NCBI GenBank assembly: GCA_963737265.1
Contig: CAVTRY010000013.1
Coordinates: forward strand, 192,001 to 256,000
DNA from: an uncultured delta proteobacterium
Lineage (GTDB): Bacteria > Myxococcota_A > Polyangia > Fen-1088
Direction: 5' to 3'
DNA length: 64,000 nt
Of this stretch, positions 1 to 9,938 are shown in pieces (positions within the stretch are counted from its first letter, which is position 1; every line of letters starts with the position of its first letter). A model generated the notes under the pieces. That model was given only the letters and a program-made list of their open reading frames with translations, was not told the origin of the DNA and ran no database searches. Both the position numbers and the translations under genes were made by a program.

Positions 1-546
1 ATAGAGGCGGCGGCCGATGAGCGCATCTCCTCCCGCGGCCGCTTGCGCCTGATTCAGGCACGCGATGGTGCGGGCAGCGCGCGCGCTCGTCGGGTGAAAG
101 AAGGCCGAGCCGTGATCGCCCTCGATGACGGTCAGAGTGCCGCCCGGCCGCAACACGCGCAAGATGGCGCGCAAGGCGTCCTCGGGCTGGTGCAAATGCT
201 CCAGCACGAAACACACGAACGCATGATCGAAGCTGGCGTCGGCAAATGGCAGCGCGAAAAGACTCGCCTCGTGAAACTCCACATTGGCGATCCCGTCGGA
301 CACCATTGCCGCGCGTGCCAGCGCCAGCGACTGCGCCGACAGGTCGACACTGACGAAATGCGCCCCCGAACTTCGCTGCGCCAAAATGCGCGTCTGGGCA
401 CCGACCCCGCATCCCGCCTCCAGTACCCGGCTGCCCGTCGGGTACTGGGTATCGTGGTGAAGCAACTCCGCCAACGTGCCGGCCTGATCTGCCAACCGAA
501 CGGCCTCGTCATCCGCGTAGCCATGGACATAACCTTGCGATGTCAT
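1..546 (-). CDS. Class I SAM-dependent methyltransferase (3' end runs off the window)
   Basis: Manual translation from ATG at 546: MTSQGYVHGY...VLEAGCGVGAQT...SFDHAFVCFVLEHL...LRVLRPGG. Contains SAM motif I and later motifs. Not in the ORF track because there is no stop in the window. Confidence 0.85.
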   Translation of the reverse strand, partial: MTSQGYVHGYADDEAVRLADQAGTLAELLHHDTQYPTGSRVLEAGCGVGAQTRILAQRSSGAHFVSVDLSAQSLALARAAMVSDGIANVEFHEASLFALPFADASFDHAFVCFVLEHLHQPEDALRAILRVLRPGGTLTVIEGDHGSAFFHPTSARAARTIACLNQAQAAAGGDALIGRRLY

Positions 547-591
547 GGGCGCGAATGTAGCAGAGCGCGGGAGACGCGTGGAATAGGGCAG

Positions 592-1902
592 TTAGATGAT
601 CCCCTTGGCTCGCAGCTTTGCCAACTGCGCGCGCACGGATTCGAGACCGCCGCTGGTGTAGAGAATGTAGAGGCGCTCGGCGCTGAGGTTGGAAAGGGCG
701 GGATTGCGGTAGCCGAGGTTGTAGCGAGCGGTGTCGCTCGGATCGAAGCCGAAGGTGGGCGCGAGTGTCGCAAGCAGGATCTGGGCGACGGACACGGCCG
801 GCCCGGTCTGGGTGAAGTCGGCGTCGGAAAGATTGTGCAGCTGGTATTCCACCGGAGCGTTGACCTGGGTCGGCACGGCTGCGTTGAGGTCCACGTCGCC
901 CAGGCGCTGCACCGCCGGCAAACGCAGTTGACCGGCGCCGTCGACGCGCAGATAGCCCTTTGCCACGGGGTCGATATTGGCCAGGATGGCGCCCGCACGC
1001 AGCCAGTTCACCACCTTGTATTCGTTGCCCGAGGTGGGACTGGAATGCGCCGAGGCCTGCGCGACGACGAATTTGGGCGCAAGCCCACGCGCCATCGATT
1101 CCGCAATTCCGATGATGTGGTGTCCGCCGGTTCGTGAATCGCCCGCAGCACCGTAGTTGTCGGTTGCGCCGTTGCCGCCGAAATTGAACTCGGCGAACTC
1201 CGTGCCGTCGGCATTCCATTGAAACACGAGGGGCTTGGCCCAGTCGTGCAGTAGTGGTGCGGCAATGATGATGTCCTGATCGATCGCGATATCCACGCGG
1301 TCGTCGCGGTCACCATCGCCGTCGGCCGCGGCGATCACCGGCAAGCCGTTGGCTAGCGAGTGGCCGTAGACACGGCGATAATTGGCGGCGAAGGACGCAT
1401 CACTGAGGTCGTTGAAGCTCTCGTGGATGGTAAGTCCGCCTGGGTACGAGTGGTGGCCGCCAAAGACGCTGCCGGGAGCGGAGAAAAAGGGTTGCGGCAG
1501 GTGCGGGCAGGTGCTGCCGGCTTCGAGCACGGGCGGCAACGCGCCCGCGAGCGCACCCCCTGGAAAGACGGCTGCATCAGCGGCTGCAAACAGTCCCGCC
1601 GCCGCTAGCTTATCGACGATTGCTTGTTTGCTGACCGCAGTCTCGGTCGCACGGTGGCGGATACAGACCAGGCGGTCCTCGACCAGCTCGTGGACGGTCC
1701 GGGCCAAGGCGCGGTCACCTATCTGAGTGATTCGAATCGCGATGAATTGCCGCGCTGACTGTACCAGCGCGGACGATGACGCCAGTTGTGCAGCGTTGGC
1801 GTTTCCCGCGCCTGGCACCGTTTGATCTGCCGCGTAGGCAGCCGATGTCAGACCTCCCCCAACCAATAGGGCAATTGCCGTCATAATAGCGGTGTTCCTC
1901 AT
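592..1902 (-). CDS. Secreted HD-superfamily metal-dependent phosphohydrolase
   Basis: Signal peptide MRNTAIMTAIALL...AYA after a GGAG RBS. Motifs HHSYPGGLTIHE, LLHDWAK, GHH and DADF fit the H...HD...D pattern. Confidence 0.7.
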   Translation of the reverse strand: MRNTAIMTAIALLVGGGLTSAAYAADQTVPGAGNANAAQLASSSALVQSARQFIAIRITQIGDRALARTVHELVEDRLVCIRHRATETAVSKQAIVDKLAAAGLFAAADAAVFPGGALAGALPPVLEAGSTCPHLPQPFFSAPGSVFGGHHSYPGGLTIHESFNDLSDASFAANYRRVYGHSLANGLPVIAAADGDGDRDDRVDIAIDQDIIIAAPLLHDWAKPLVFQWNADGTEFAEFNFGGNGATDNYGAAGDSRTGGHHIIGIAESMARGLAPKFVVAQASAHSSPTSGNEYKVVNWLRAGAILANIDPVAKGYLRVDGAGQLRLPAVQRLGDVDLNAAVPTQVNAPVEYQLHNLSDADFTQTGPAVSVAQILLATLAPTFGFDPSDTARYNLGYRNPALSNLSAERLYILYTSGGLESVRAQLAKLRAKGII

Positions 1903-2000
1903 GATGAGCTCCTCGGAGATTGAGTGGCGCGGCGAGGCATAATTGCCTATGCCGCCCTTGCTCCATACTCGCGGGCGCCGCAATTCGCAGCCACAGGTCG

Positions 2001-2093
2001 GTGACGTTAACGTAACAAGAATCGCCGCTATGACGCCGCATGGGCCGAAGCGACGTAATCGGAACTGTCACACGAGGTATGAACAACTGTAAT
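2001..2093. promoter_or_regulatory. Putative Pho-box-like direct repeats in a divergent promoter
   Basis: Minus strand GTTAC-N6-GTCAC (11-bp period) at 2001-2016. Plus strand CTGTCAC at 2065 and CTGTAAT at 2087 (22 bp apart). Flanking genes are phosphohydrolase-like. Confidence 0.4.
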
Positions 2094-2173
2094 GGTTCGC
2101 GCGCGAGATAGGAGGTAGAGCGATCCCCGCACGCGACATCACGCGGGCGCTCATACCCTGAAAGGGAGACGCA

Positions 2174-3013
2174 ATGCAATTCACTTCGCAATCCACAGAA
2201 CGCACCCGACGCTTCATCCAACGCTTCGTCCGTCGACTGCTGATGGTCTCGGTCACCTTCATGGTATTCGCAATAAGACTGGCAACTGCCCACGGGCAGA
2301 CACTCGATGTGTCGCGCGATAACGGGCTTGCCCTGCCGCAGGCTCGCGTACCCCATGTCCTGCCGGGGGCGCTCAGCGCCGAGATCGATCCGGCCACCGC
2401 GGCGGTCGGAACGGGTTGGGCGGGGTACAACAGCGCCAGCGCCATACCTGTCTTTACAAGTACGGCGGAGGCGTGGATTGTGCCGAGGGTCAGCCTGGTA
2501 GCGGGGTTCGGCACGACAACACAGCCGGGAACGGTCAGCGTGCGAGCCCAAGGCGGCGCTCGCGTTTTTGTCCTCGATCAACAGCGTCACGGTGTCAACG
2601 CGGGGGTCGGCTTCCTCTACCGGCAGGACCGCTTCGCCAACGAGGACGGCATGCTGGAAGGGTCCGTCCTGGTCAGCCGGCGCTTTGGCGCCACTTTGGC
2701 CGTCGCCAATTTCATCTACGCACAGGATGGCGAGGGTGACGATCGCGAAGGCGAGATTCGCCTGGTCGGGCTGCATGACCTGGGGTCGGGACTGCATCTC
2801 GGTCTGGACAATCGCGTGCGCACGACGCTCGGGTCGAGCGATCCGCATCGCGCACAGCATTCCAACCCCACGTTGGAATTTAACGCGGGCCCGTTGCTGG
2901 CGTACACCGTCGACCGCTGGTCGGTGATGGCCGAGGCAGGCGTCAGTGGAACAAAGGTGGATCGGCTGAACACCGGCATGTTGGTTCTGGGCGGCGTTGG
3001 CGCCGCTTTCTGA
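2174..3013 (+). CDS. Exported hypothetical protein, probable outer-membrane beta-barrel
   Basis: Signal-like N-terminus, alternating amphipathic strands, C-terminal Phe (GVGAAF). Confidence 0.55.
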   Translation: MQFTSQSTERTRRFIQRFVRRLLMVSVTFMVFAIRLATAHGQTLDVSRDNGLALPQARVPHVLPGALSAEIDPATAAVGTGWAGYNSASAIPVFTSTAEAWIVPRVSLVAGFGTTTQPGTVSVRAQGGARVFVLDQQRHGVNAGVGFLYRQDRFANEDGMLEGSVLVSRRFGATLAVANFIYAQDGEGDDREGEIRLVGLHDLGSGLHLGLDNRVRTTLGSSDPHRAQHSNPTLEFNAGPLLAYTVDRWSVMAEAGVSGTKVDRLNTGMLVLGGVGAAF

Positions 3014-3056
3014 CCTCTGGGCTCGAATTAAGAAATCAAGGCAAAGGAGAAATGCC

Positions 3057-5981
3057 ATGCGTCTTTATCCTCGCGTTTCGTTGTTGGTCTTGACTGCATC
3101 AACCCTTGCTGTGGCCTGCGGAAAATCGGGCACGCCGGAGCAAGCCGCCGGGCTCGAAGCACCGCCCGCGGTTCCCAAGGCCGTCGTGGAGAAGGCAGCA
3201 CTCGCCCGACGGCCACTGCTTGATGGCATGCTGCTGCCAACCGGGGCGCGCATCACGCCCGAAGCCACGCCAGGTGCACTCTTTCAAACGCTCAATCCCG
3301 ATTTGCCGTCATTGCCCGCCTTTGTCGTCGACCACGCCGTAACCACGGCGCTCAGCCCCAACGGCAAGACGTTGTTGGTGTTGACCAGCGGCTACAATGC
3401 AATTACGGCTCCGGACGACAGCGGCAATTTCGTTCCCGACCTGTCGAACGAATACGTGTTCGTCTACGACGTGACGAGGTCGCGGCCGGCAAAGCAGCAG
3501 GTGTTGCAAGTTCCCAACACCTTCGTCGGCATGGCCTGGAATCCCCGGGGCGACGAGTTCTACGTTGGTGGAGGCGTCAACGACAATTTGCACGTGTTCC
3601 ATTGGGGTGGAAGCGCGTTTGCCGAGGTCGCGCCTGCCATCGCGCTTGGCCACACGGCCGGGCTTGGCCTTGCGGTTCCCCCGACCACGGCTGGCGTGGC
3701 GGTGGACGGTGAAGGCAAGGAGGTCGTGGTGGCGAACTACGAGAACGACTCGGTCAGCGTCGTGAACCTGGCCACCAAGGCGGTGACCGAGGTCGAGCTG
3801 AGGCCGGGCAAGATCGATGCGAGCCAATCGGGAAGGGCGGGCGGCGAGTATCCCTACTGGATCGAGATCAAGGGCGAGAAGTCCTACATCTCCAGCCAAC
3901 GCGATCGCGAAGTCGTGGTACTGGATCTCGCGACCAGCACCGTGCGCGGGCGTATCGAGGTTGGCGCACAACCCAACAAGATGGTGCTGGCCCACGATGG
4001 AAAGAAGTTGTTCGTCGCCAATGGTGGCGCGGACACGGTTTCGGTCATCGACACCCTAACCGATCGTGTGGTCGATGAATTTCAAGTCACAGCGCCCACA
4101 GCGGTCCTGGCCAACCCGCGCGGGTTCAAAGGTGCCAACCCCAACAGCCTGGCGCTGTCGCCCGACGACAGGCTTCTCTACGTCACCAACGGTGGCATCA
4201 ACGCCGTCGCCGTGGTGCAGCTTGGGGGCCAGTCCGGACCGCGCGGCGCGAACCGCGATCGCCGTGACGGTGACGACGACGATTCGGCCCAATCGAGCAG
4301 GGTGGTGGGGCTGGTTCCCACCGGCTGGTATCCGGAGTCGGTGACGCTCAGCCGCGACGGCCGCCGCTTCTTCGTGGTCAACGGCAAGAGTCTTCCCGGT
4401 CCCGGATGTCTCGATGTCGCCAGCACCACGCGCTACGACGCGTGTTGGAACGGCAACGACTACGTGTGGCCGCTGGAAAAGGCTGGTTTCCTCAGCGCGC
4501 CGGTTCCGAGCGGTGCCGAGCTCGGGCAACTGACCCTGCAAGTGGCGGCAAACAACCGCTTCTCGACCGATGGCGCCGCGGCCGAGCACGAGCACCTCAT
4601 GGCCTTCTTGCGTAAGCACATCAAGCACGTCATCTACATCATCAAGGAGAATCGGACGTACGATCAAGTGCTCGGCGACTTGCCACGTGGCAACGGCGAT
4701 CCCTTGTTGACACTCTTTCCCGAAGCCACCACGCCCAACCACCACGCCCTGGCCAGCCAGTTCGTTACTCTGGATGCGTTCCAAGACAGTGGCGAGACGA
4801 GCGGGGTGGGTTGGAACTGGACGGTGTCGGCGCGAACCACCGATTCGGTCGAAAAGACCCAGCCGCCGAACTATGCCGGGCGCGGACTCAACTACGACTG
4901 GGAAGGGACCAACCGCAATATCAATGTGGGACTCGCCACCTTGGCGGAACGCCTGACGCTGGACCCGCTGACACCCGCGGATCCGGATCTATTGCCGGGA
5001 ACGGCGGACATCGCGTCGGGCAATCCCGCCGACGGCGAGGCCGATGGTGCCTCGTATTTATGGGACGCGGCCTTGCGCAAAGGGCTCGCCATCCGCAACT
5101 ACGGTTGCTTCGGCGACCTCACCCGCTCGTCGGTGCCGGCGACCTATCCGGTCTACATTCCCCTCGAGCGGCATCCATTCGCCGCCAGCGTTCGCCAGTT
5201 CTATCCTAGCAAGGCCGCGCTGCAGACCACGTCGGACCTGTACTACCGCGGTTTCGACAACGCCTACCCGGACTATTGGCGCTTCAAGGAATGGGAGCGC
5301 GAGTTCGAAGAGTTCGCCGCCGGTGGCGATCTTCCTGCGCTGGAGCTAGTGCGTCTGCCGCACGACCATTTCGGAAGCTTCGCCGCCGCCATCGACGGCG
5401 TCAACACGCCGGAGCTGCAAATGGCCGACAACGACTACGCAGTCGGGCAGGTGGCCGAAAGGGTTAGCCACAGTCGCTTCCGCGACGATACGCTCATCTT
5501 CGTCGTGGAGGACGATGCCCAGGATGGCCCCGACCACGTGAGCGCCCATCGCAGCATCGCTCTCGTTCTCGGCCCGTACGTCAAGCGCGGCGCGGTTGTC
5601 TCGACACCTTACAACACGGTCTCGATGGTGAAGACCATCGAGGAAGTCCTTGGGCTCGAACCGCTTGGCCTCAACGACGCGTTGGCCGCACCCATGGCGG
5701 ACGTCTTCGACACGCGCCTTCTGCCTGTCGCGTATACGGCCAAGGTGCCCGAAGCCCTGCGTACCACAGCACTGCCCGTGCCCGCGGCCACGGCCATGAA
5801 CACCGTCGTTCATCCCACCGCCGTGGCGTCGCTTGGCGGTCGCCGCAGCCACGGCGCCGCCTACTGGGAGCGCGTGATGCGCGGGCAGAACTTCGATCGC
5901 GAAGACGCCCTCGACACGCCCCGTTTCAACCGCGCCCTGTGGCGTGGCATCATGGGCAGCCGCGCGTATCCGGGCGAGTAG
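3057..5981 (+). CDS. Lipoprotein with a YncE/YVTN beta-propeller fused to an alkaline-phosphatase-family phosphoesterase
   Basis: AGGAG RBS and lipobox LAVAC. Propeller repeats (YVTNGG, VSVID). Phosphoesterase motifs IIKENRTYDQVLGD, LPHDH, EDDAQDGPDHV. Confidence 0.85.
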   Translation: MRLYPRVSLLVLTASTLAVACGKSGTPEQAAGLEAPPAVPKAVVEKAALARRPLLDGMLLPTGARITPEATPGALFQTLNPDLPSLPAFVVDHAVTTALSPNGKTLLVLTSGYNAITAPDDSGNFVPDLSNEYVFVYDVTRSRPAKQQVLQVPNTFVGMAWNPRGDEFYVGGGVNDNLHVFHWGGSAFAEVAPAIALGHTAGLGLAVPPTTAGVAVDGEGKEVVVANYENDSVSVVNLATKAVTEVELRPGKIDASQSGRAGGEYPYWIEIKGEKSYISSQRDREVVVLDLATSTVRGRIEVGAQPNKMVLAHDGKKLFVANGGADTVSVIDTLTDRVVDEFQVTAPTAVLANPRGFKGANPNSLALSPDDRLLYVTNGGINAVAVVQLGGQSGPRGANRDRRDGDDDDSAQSSRVVGLVPTGWYPESVTLSRDGRRFFVVNGKSLPGPGCLDVASTTRYDACWNGNDYVWPLEKAGFLSAPVPSGAELGQLTLQVAANNRFSTDGAAAEHEHLMAFLRKHIKHVIYIIKENRTYDQVLGDLPRGNGDPLLTLFPEATTPNHHALASQFVTLDAFQDSGETSGVGWNWTVSARTTDSVEKTQPPNYAGRGLNYDWEGTNRNINVGLATLAERLTLDPLTPADPDLLPGTADIASGNPADGEADGASYLWDAALRKGLAIRNYGCFGDLTRSSVPATYPVYIPLERHPFAASVRQFYPSKAALQTTSDLYYRGFDNAYPDYWRFKEWEREFEEFAAGGDLPALELVRLPHDHFGSFAAAIDGVNTPELQMADNDYAVGQVAERVSHSRFRDDTLIFVVEDDAQDGPDHVSAHRSIALVLGPYVKRGAVVSTPYNTVSMVKTIEEVLGLEPLGLNDALAAPMADVFDTRLLPVAYTAKVPEALRTTALPVPAATAMNTVVHPTAVASLGGRRSHGAAYWERVMRGQNFDREDALDTPRFNRALWRGIMGSRAYPGE

Positions 5982-6013
5982 GGTCAAGCGATACCTGACG
6001 GAGAAATCTGGCC

Positions 6014-6041
6014 CCTTCTCCTCGGTCCGCCGAGGAGAAGG
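6014..6041. terminator. Hairpin between convergent genes (bidirectional terminator or REP-like)
   Basis: Perfect 12-bp stem CCTTCTCCTCGG-tccg-CCGAGGAGAAGG. Confidence 0.5.
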
Positions 6042-6081
6042 TTGGGATCAGGAGTCCGGCGCGACAGCCCCTCACCCGCCG

Positions 6082-7185
6082 CTACGAACCGATGACGAGA
6101 ATCGTCGACGTTTGATTGATGTGGCCGATGTAGGCTTCGCCATAGGTGCTGAAGCCAACCGTCGGCACGCTATTGAACAGGCCGGCGTACGCAGGACATT
6201 GACCTTTGTCTTTGAGCTCGAGCGTGCGCAAGATGCAGTGAAAATTCAGCAGCGCACTCGCCGCACCGAGATTGCTGATGGCCTTACGCGTGTCCACGAC
6301 GATGTCGGTCGATTCGAGCACTTGCATTTCCATCCCTTCGAGAATCTGGCAGTAGAACCGCACCTTCGTTCCATCGACGGCTTGCGGACTGCGCACGAAA
6401 GGCTCGCCTTCGGCGACCAGGCCGAGCGGGTGTCGCATGAATTTCCCCGGCAGCTCGGACACGGAGACGCCGAGCGCATCCGCGTAGGCCTCCGCCGCCG
6501 GCTTGCCATCGAATTCCAGGACCTCGCGCTTGAGCTGGTCGACCTTGGTTGCGACGAGAACCTTGGCCAACCCGCGGAAGCTCTGGGTCTTGACCGCGTG
6601 GAACGGTGCCGCCATTTCGAGCAGCGCCAGCACCGCCACGTCGGAATAGGCGCGTTCGTTGACGAAGATATGCGTCTTCTTGAACTGCAGGTCGTCGCCT
6701 GCGGAGCCGCCGACGAAGGTGAGATTGCCGGCGTTGCCGATTTCATCCATCACGGCTTCCTCGGCTCCCGTGAGTCCGTCGCACAGCACCAGGCCCGCGA
6801 ATTTTTCGCTGTCGAGGTCAATCAATTTGCTTCCAACCGCTCCCTCCAACGATCGGATGGCCGCAATGATCGCACTCCGGCCGTTGGACGAAATCCCCTC
6901 GGCCACGACGATGTTGACCTTGCTCACCAATTCGGAACCTAGAGCCATGGCGACAATCGATTTGTCGAGCATATGGCCAGTAACGATCTCGCCGGCGGTG
7001 GTGCAACCGAACAGCGTTACGCCCGGAAAGGCCGCCGCCATCTCACGCGCCAGCGTGACCGGTTCGTATTGCGAGGAAGCAAAATAGACGAGCAAGCGAT
7101 TGTCGCCATCGCCGATCTCGCCTGCGAGAGCTGCCGCCGCGAGCGTCGGATCCGATAGAGTGGAAAAGCTGGTTTTGGCCTTCAT
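6082..7185 (-). CDS. FIST-domain (FIST_N + FIST_C) sensory protein
   Basis: Motifs GCTTAGEI, GGSAGDD, HCILR and GFSTYGE...NQT. Start MKAKTSF after GGAGG. Confidence 0.9.
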   Translation of the reverse strand: MKAKTSFSTLSDPTLAAAALAGEIGDGDNRLLVYFASSQYEPVTLAREMAAAFPGVTLFGCTTAGEIVTGHMLDKSIVAMALGSELVSKVNIVVAEGISSNGRSAIIAAIRSLEGAVGSKLIDLDSEKFAGLVLCDGLTGAEEAVMDEIGNAGNLTFVGGSAGDDLQFKKTHIFVNERAYSDVAVLALLEMAAPFHAVKTQSFRGLAKVLVATKVDQLKREVLEFDGKPAAEAYADALGVSVSELPGKFMRHPLGLVAEGEPFVRSPQAVDGTKVRFYCQILEGMEMQVLESTDIVVDTRKAISNLGAASALLNFHCILRTLELKDKGQCPAYAGLFNSVPTVGFSTYGEAYIGHINQTSTILVIGS

Positions 7186-7207
7186 GTCCGTTCCTCCGCG
7201 CTGACAG

Positions 7208-7411
7208 TTACTTGAGCACGATTCCCATTTCCGCGCCTGCGGCGATAATCTTCTGGATGACAGCGGGATCGTCGGGCGAGCTCGCATTGTAGCGCGAAGA
7301 GTCGATTCCCTTGAGGAGCAACTTGGTCCTGACCATCCCGGCGAACATCGGGTTGAGCGCCGTACGCCGACGAACAATCTCATCAATCATCGTCTTGATT
7401 TTTCCTGCCAT
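7208..7411 (-). CDS. Small conserved hypothetical protein (67 aa) upstream of the FIST gene
   Basis: MAGKIKTMIDEI...TKLLLKGI...DDPAVI, with AGGAGG RBS. Co-oriented with the FIST gene. Confidence 0.65.
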   Translation of the reverse strand: MAGKIKTMIDEIVRRRTALNPMFAGMVRTKLLLKGIDSSRYNASSPDDPAVIQKIIAAGAEMGIVLK

Positions 7412-7498
7412 GGGCTCCCTCCTTGGTGCAGAAGTCATTGAATCGGCACTCCGAGCGATTACTTGAATCACCCCATGGCGCCATCGGCGCGTAGGCCA

Positions 7499-9865
7499 TC
7501 AGTCATCTCGGCGTTTCCTTCCACTGTCCGGCAAGGAAAATGCGCCGAGCACGAGCAGGCAGATCGCGCTGAGGACGCCGCCGGCGGCGAGGCCGGGCGT
7601 GTGGTACTCGAGCACGATGCGGTGGCTGCCGGGTTCGAGGGGCAGGGCGCGCATGATGAGATTGGCGCGCAAGATGGGCGTGGCCTGGCCGTCCACGGTG
7701 GCGCGCCAGCCGCGATCATATTGCTCGACGAAAACCGCGACGCCGCGATCGCGAGCGGTGCAGACGGCGACCAGTTTATTGTTGGCATACGATTCCAGGC
7801 TGCACGTGCCGGCTCGTCCCGGTGCTTGCGCCAGCGCCGGCGGATTGCCCTCGGGTGCGAGCCACGCGCTTTCGCCCGCAATGACCTCGGGCTGGTAAAG
7901 GCGCGCCAGGGCTTGCGCGTCGGCCAGCACCTCGGTGTGGCGGGCCAGAAACACGCGCGGCAAGGCACCCGGCACGTGGTACAGGCGCGCACCGGGCAAG
8001 GGATCGAGGACGGCATCGAGGCCCGGACGATCGTCGGGTGGGGCGGCAGGATTGGCCACGGGCAGGACGGCGTAGTCGGCCGCGAGCAGGCGCAGGGCGC
8101 TTTGTCCGATCTCGAGGCCGGCCTGCCATACGGTGGTCAGCAGCGCCGGGATCGCGGCATCGTAGCCGGGCAGGGTCGCAATGCCCCACACGTTTGCCGT
8201 GTTCGTGATCAGCGTCTGCACCAGTCGGAATTCGCCGTCGCTGTTGGACGAAGCGGGCACGTGCCTGTTCACGGCATCGCCGGTTTGATTGGAGCGATAG
8301 AGGCGAACGGGTGCCGGGTCGCCCGCGTGCTGGGCAAGCATGGCGTGGCCGGCAGCGGGGATGTCGTTGGCAAGCTGGCGGGGCGCGAAGCCTTGCAGCG
8401 GCCAGGCGGCGGCCGCAAGATCGAAAGCAACCACGGCGACCAAAAGCAGCGGTGCCAGCGACGAGCCGCGGGCAGCGAGAGCTTGCACCGCCAGCACCCC
8501 GAGCGTCGCCAGGGCGCCCATGAGCGCGCCGTGAATGGCGAAGAACAGCCAGGGCGCGGGCAGGGTCAAGAACGCGACGGCGGAAAACGCCACGATAAGG
8601 GCAAGCAGCGCCACCGTCCGGCGCCACGGTTGCGGCGCACCGGAAAGAACGCGCTTGGCGCCGAGTCCGGCGAGCAGCGCAGCCACCGCCACCACCAGCA
8701 CCGTGTATTTCTCGGGATAGCGCATGAAGGAAAGGGGAAACACCACGCGACGAAAGACGGCGTGCACGGGCGTGTACTTGCCCAATGCCAGCAGCAGCGC
8801 GAAACCAGCCAAGGCTCCGAGAAGCGTGGCCCGGCGCCGGCCCCGACCGAACGCAGCCATGCCGAGCGCGATCACGCTCGCCCCCATGTACATGCTGTAG
8901 GACAGCGGCAGGCCATCGAGGCGCGATTCGCCCACGATGGCGGCGGCCGGATACTCGCCGTAGGCGTCGCCCATGGACTGCGGAGCCACGAATTCGATCA
9001 GGCGCAACGGGTGAAGCGAACAGGATTCCGCGACGGCGCGGGCGAGCGGCGCGGCCCGTTCACTGCTGCCGATGAGCATGCGCGCCGGCAGGATCACGAC
9101 TGCCCCCACGCCAAAAGCGAGCAAGACGGCGAGAGCGGCGCGCACGAGCCAGCTTGGACGCGCGCGCGCGCGTGACGGATCGGCTCGGCGCTCGATCGCG
9201 TGCAGCACGATCGCGAAGATGACGCCGAACCCGGCACCGATCAGGGCGAGAAAGAGCTCGCCGAGGAGCACGGCAAACACGCTGGGCAGCGCGGCCTTGA
9301 CCACGCCCCGGTACCAAGCTTTTCCGCCCGCGCGCAAACTATCGAGCAAGGCGACCTGGCCGACCGCGGCCCACGGCACCCAGGCGTCGGCGAACAGCAG
9401 TAGGCCCGAGGTCCACTGCGCGGTGGTATAGCCCGATAGCGCCCAGGCCAAGCCCGCGACAATGATTGCCTTCCCCGAGGCGCCGAGGCGCCGCGCCAGC
9501 CAGCACACGCCCACCGTGCCCCACGCCATGTGCAGGAAGCACTGCCAGTTGAGCAAGCTGGCCACGCCATCGCGGCCGACCAGCAGGAAAAGCCAGTTGG
9601 GCGGATAAAACACGCCGTACAGCGGATCGCCGAACACGGGAAAGCCAAGCCCTTGGTAGGGATTCCAGCCGGGAAGCTCGCCGCGCAAAAGGGAGTCGCG
9701 CAGAAACGCGCGGGCCGGGAAGCTCCAGTGCGCGATGTCGCGAAAGAAGATGATCTTGCCGACGAACAGAGGTACATAGGCCGCGCACAGAATGCCCAGC
9801 GTCCACAGCAAGGGCCGCAGCAGGGATTGCGTCTGGTTGTCGTCTGGGGGGGCTGGTTCGGACAC
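7499..9865 (-). CDS. YfhO-family membrane protein (GT-C-like)
   Basis: WNPYQGLGFP...GVFYPPN at the N-terminus, many TM helices, C-terminal YDRGWRATVDG...ANLIMRAL...G.H.IVLEY. Confidence 0.85.
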   Translation of the reverse strand: MSEPAPPDDNQTQSLLRPLLWTLGILCAAYVPLFVGKIIFFRDIAHWSFPARAFLRDSLLRGELPGWNPYQGLGFPVFGDPLYGVFYPPNWLFLLVGRDGVASLLNWQCFLHMAWGTVGVCWLARRLGASGKAIIVAGLAWALSGYTTAQWTSGLLLFADAWVPWAAVGQVALLDSLRAGGKAWYRGVVKAALPSVFAVLLGELFLALIGAGFGVIFAIVLHAIERRADPSRARARPSWLVRAALAVLLAFGVGAVVILPARMLIGSSERAAPLARAVAESCSLHPLRLIEFVAPQSMGDAYGEYPAAAIVGESRLDGLPLSYSMYMGASVIALGMAAFGRGRRRATLLGALAGFALLLALGKYTPVHAVFRRVVFPLSFMRYPEKYTVLVVAVAALLAGLGAKRVLSGAPQPWRRTVALLALIVAFSAVAFLTLPAPWLFFAIHGALMGALATLGVLAVQALAARGSSLAPLLLVAVVAFDLAAAAWPLQGFAPRQLANDIPAAGHAMLAQHAGDPAPVRLYRSNQTGDAVNRHVPASSNSDGEFRLVQTLITNTANVWGIATLPGYDAAIPALLTTVWQAGLEIGQSALRLLAADYAVLPVANPAAPPDDRPGLDAVLDPLPGARLYHVPGALPRVFLARHTEVLADAQALARLYQPEVIAGESAWLAPEGNPPALAQAPGRAGTCSLESYANNKLVAVCTARDRGVAVFVEQYDRGWRATVDGQATPILRANLIMRALPLEPGSHRIVLEYHTPGLAAGGVLSAICLLVLGAFSLPDSGRKRRDD

Positions 9866-9938
9866 GCTGACAGCAGGATATCAGGTGGCGGCGCTCGCCA
9901 GAGGACAGATCCCGACGCAGCGCCCGGACGAAACGGAC

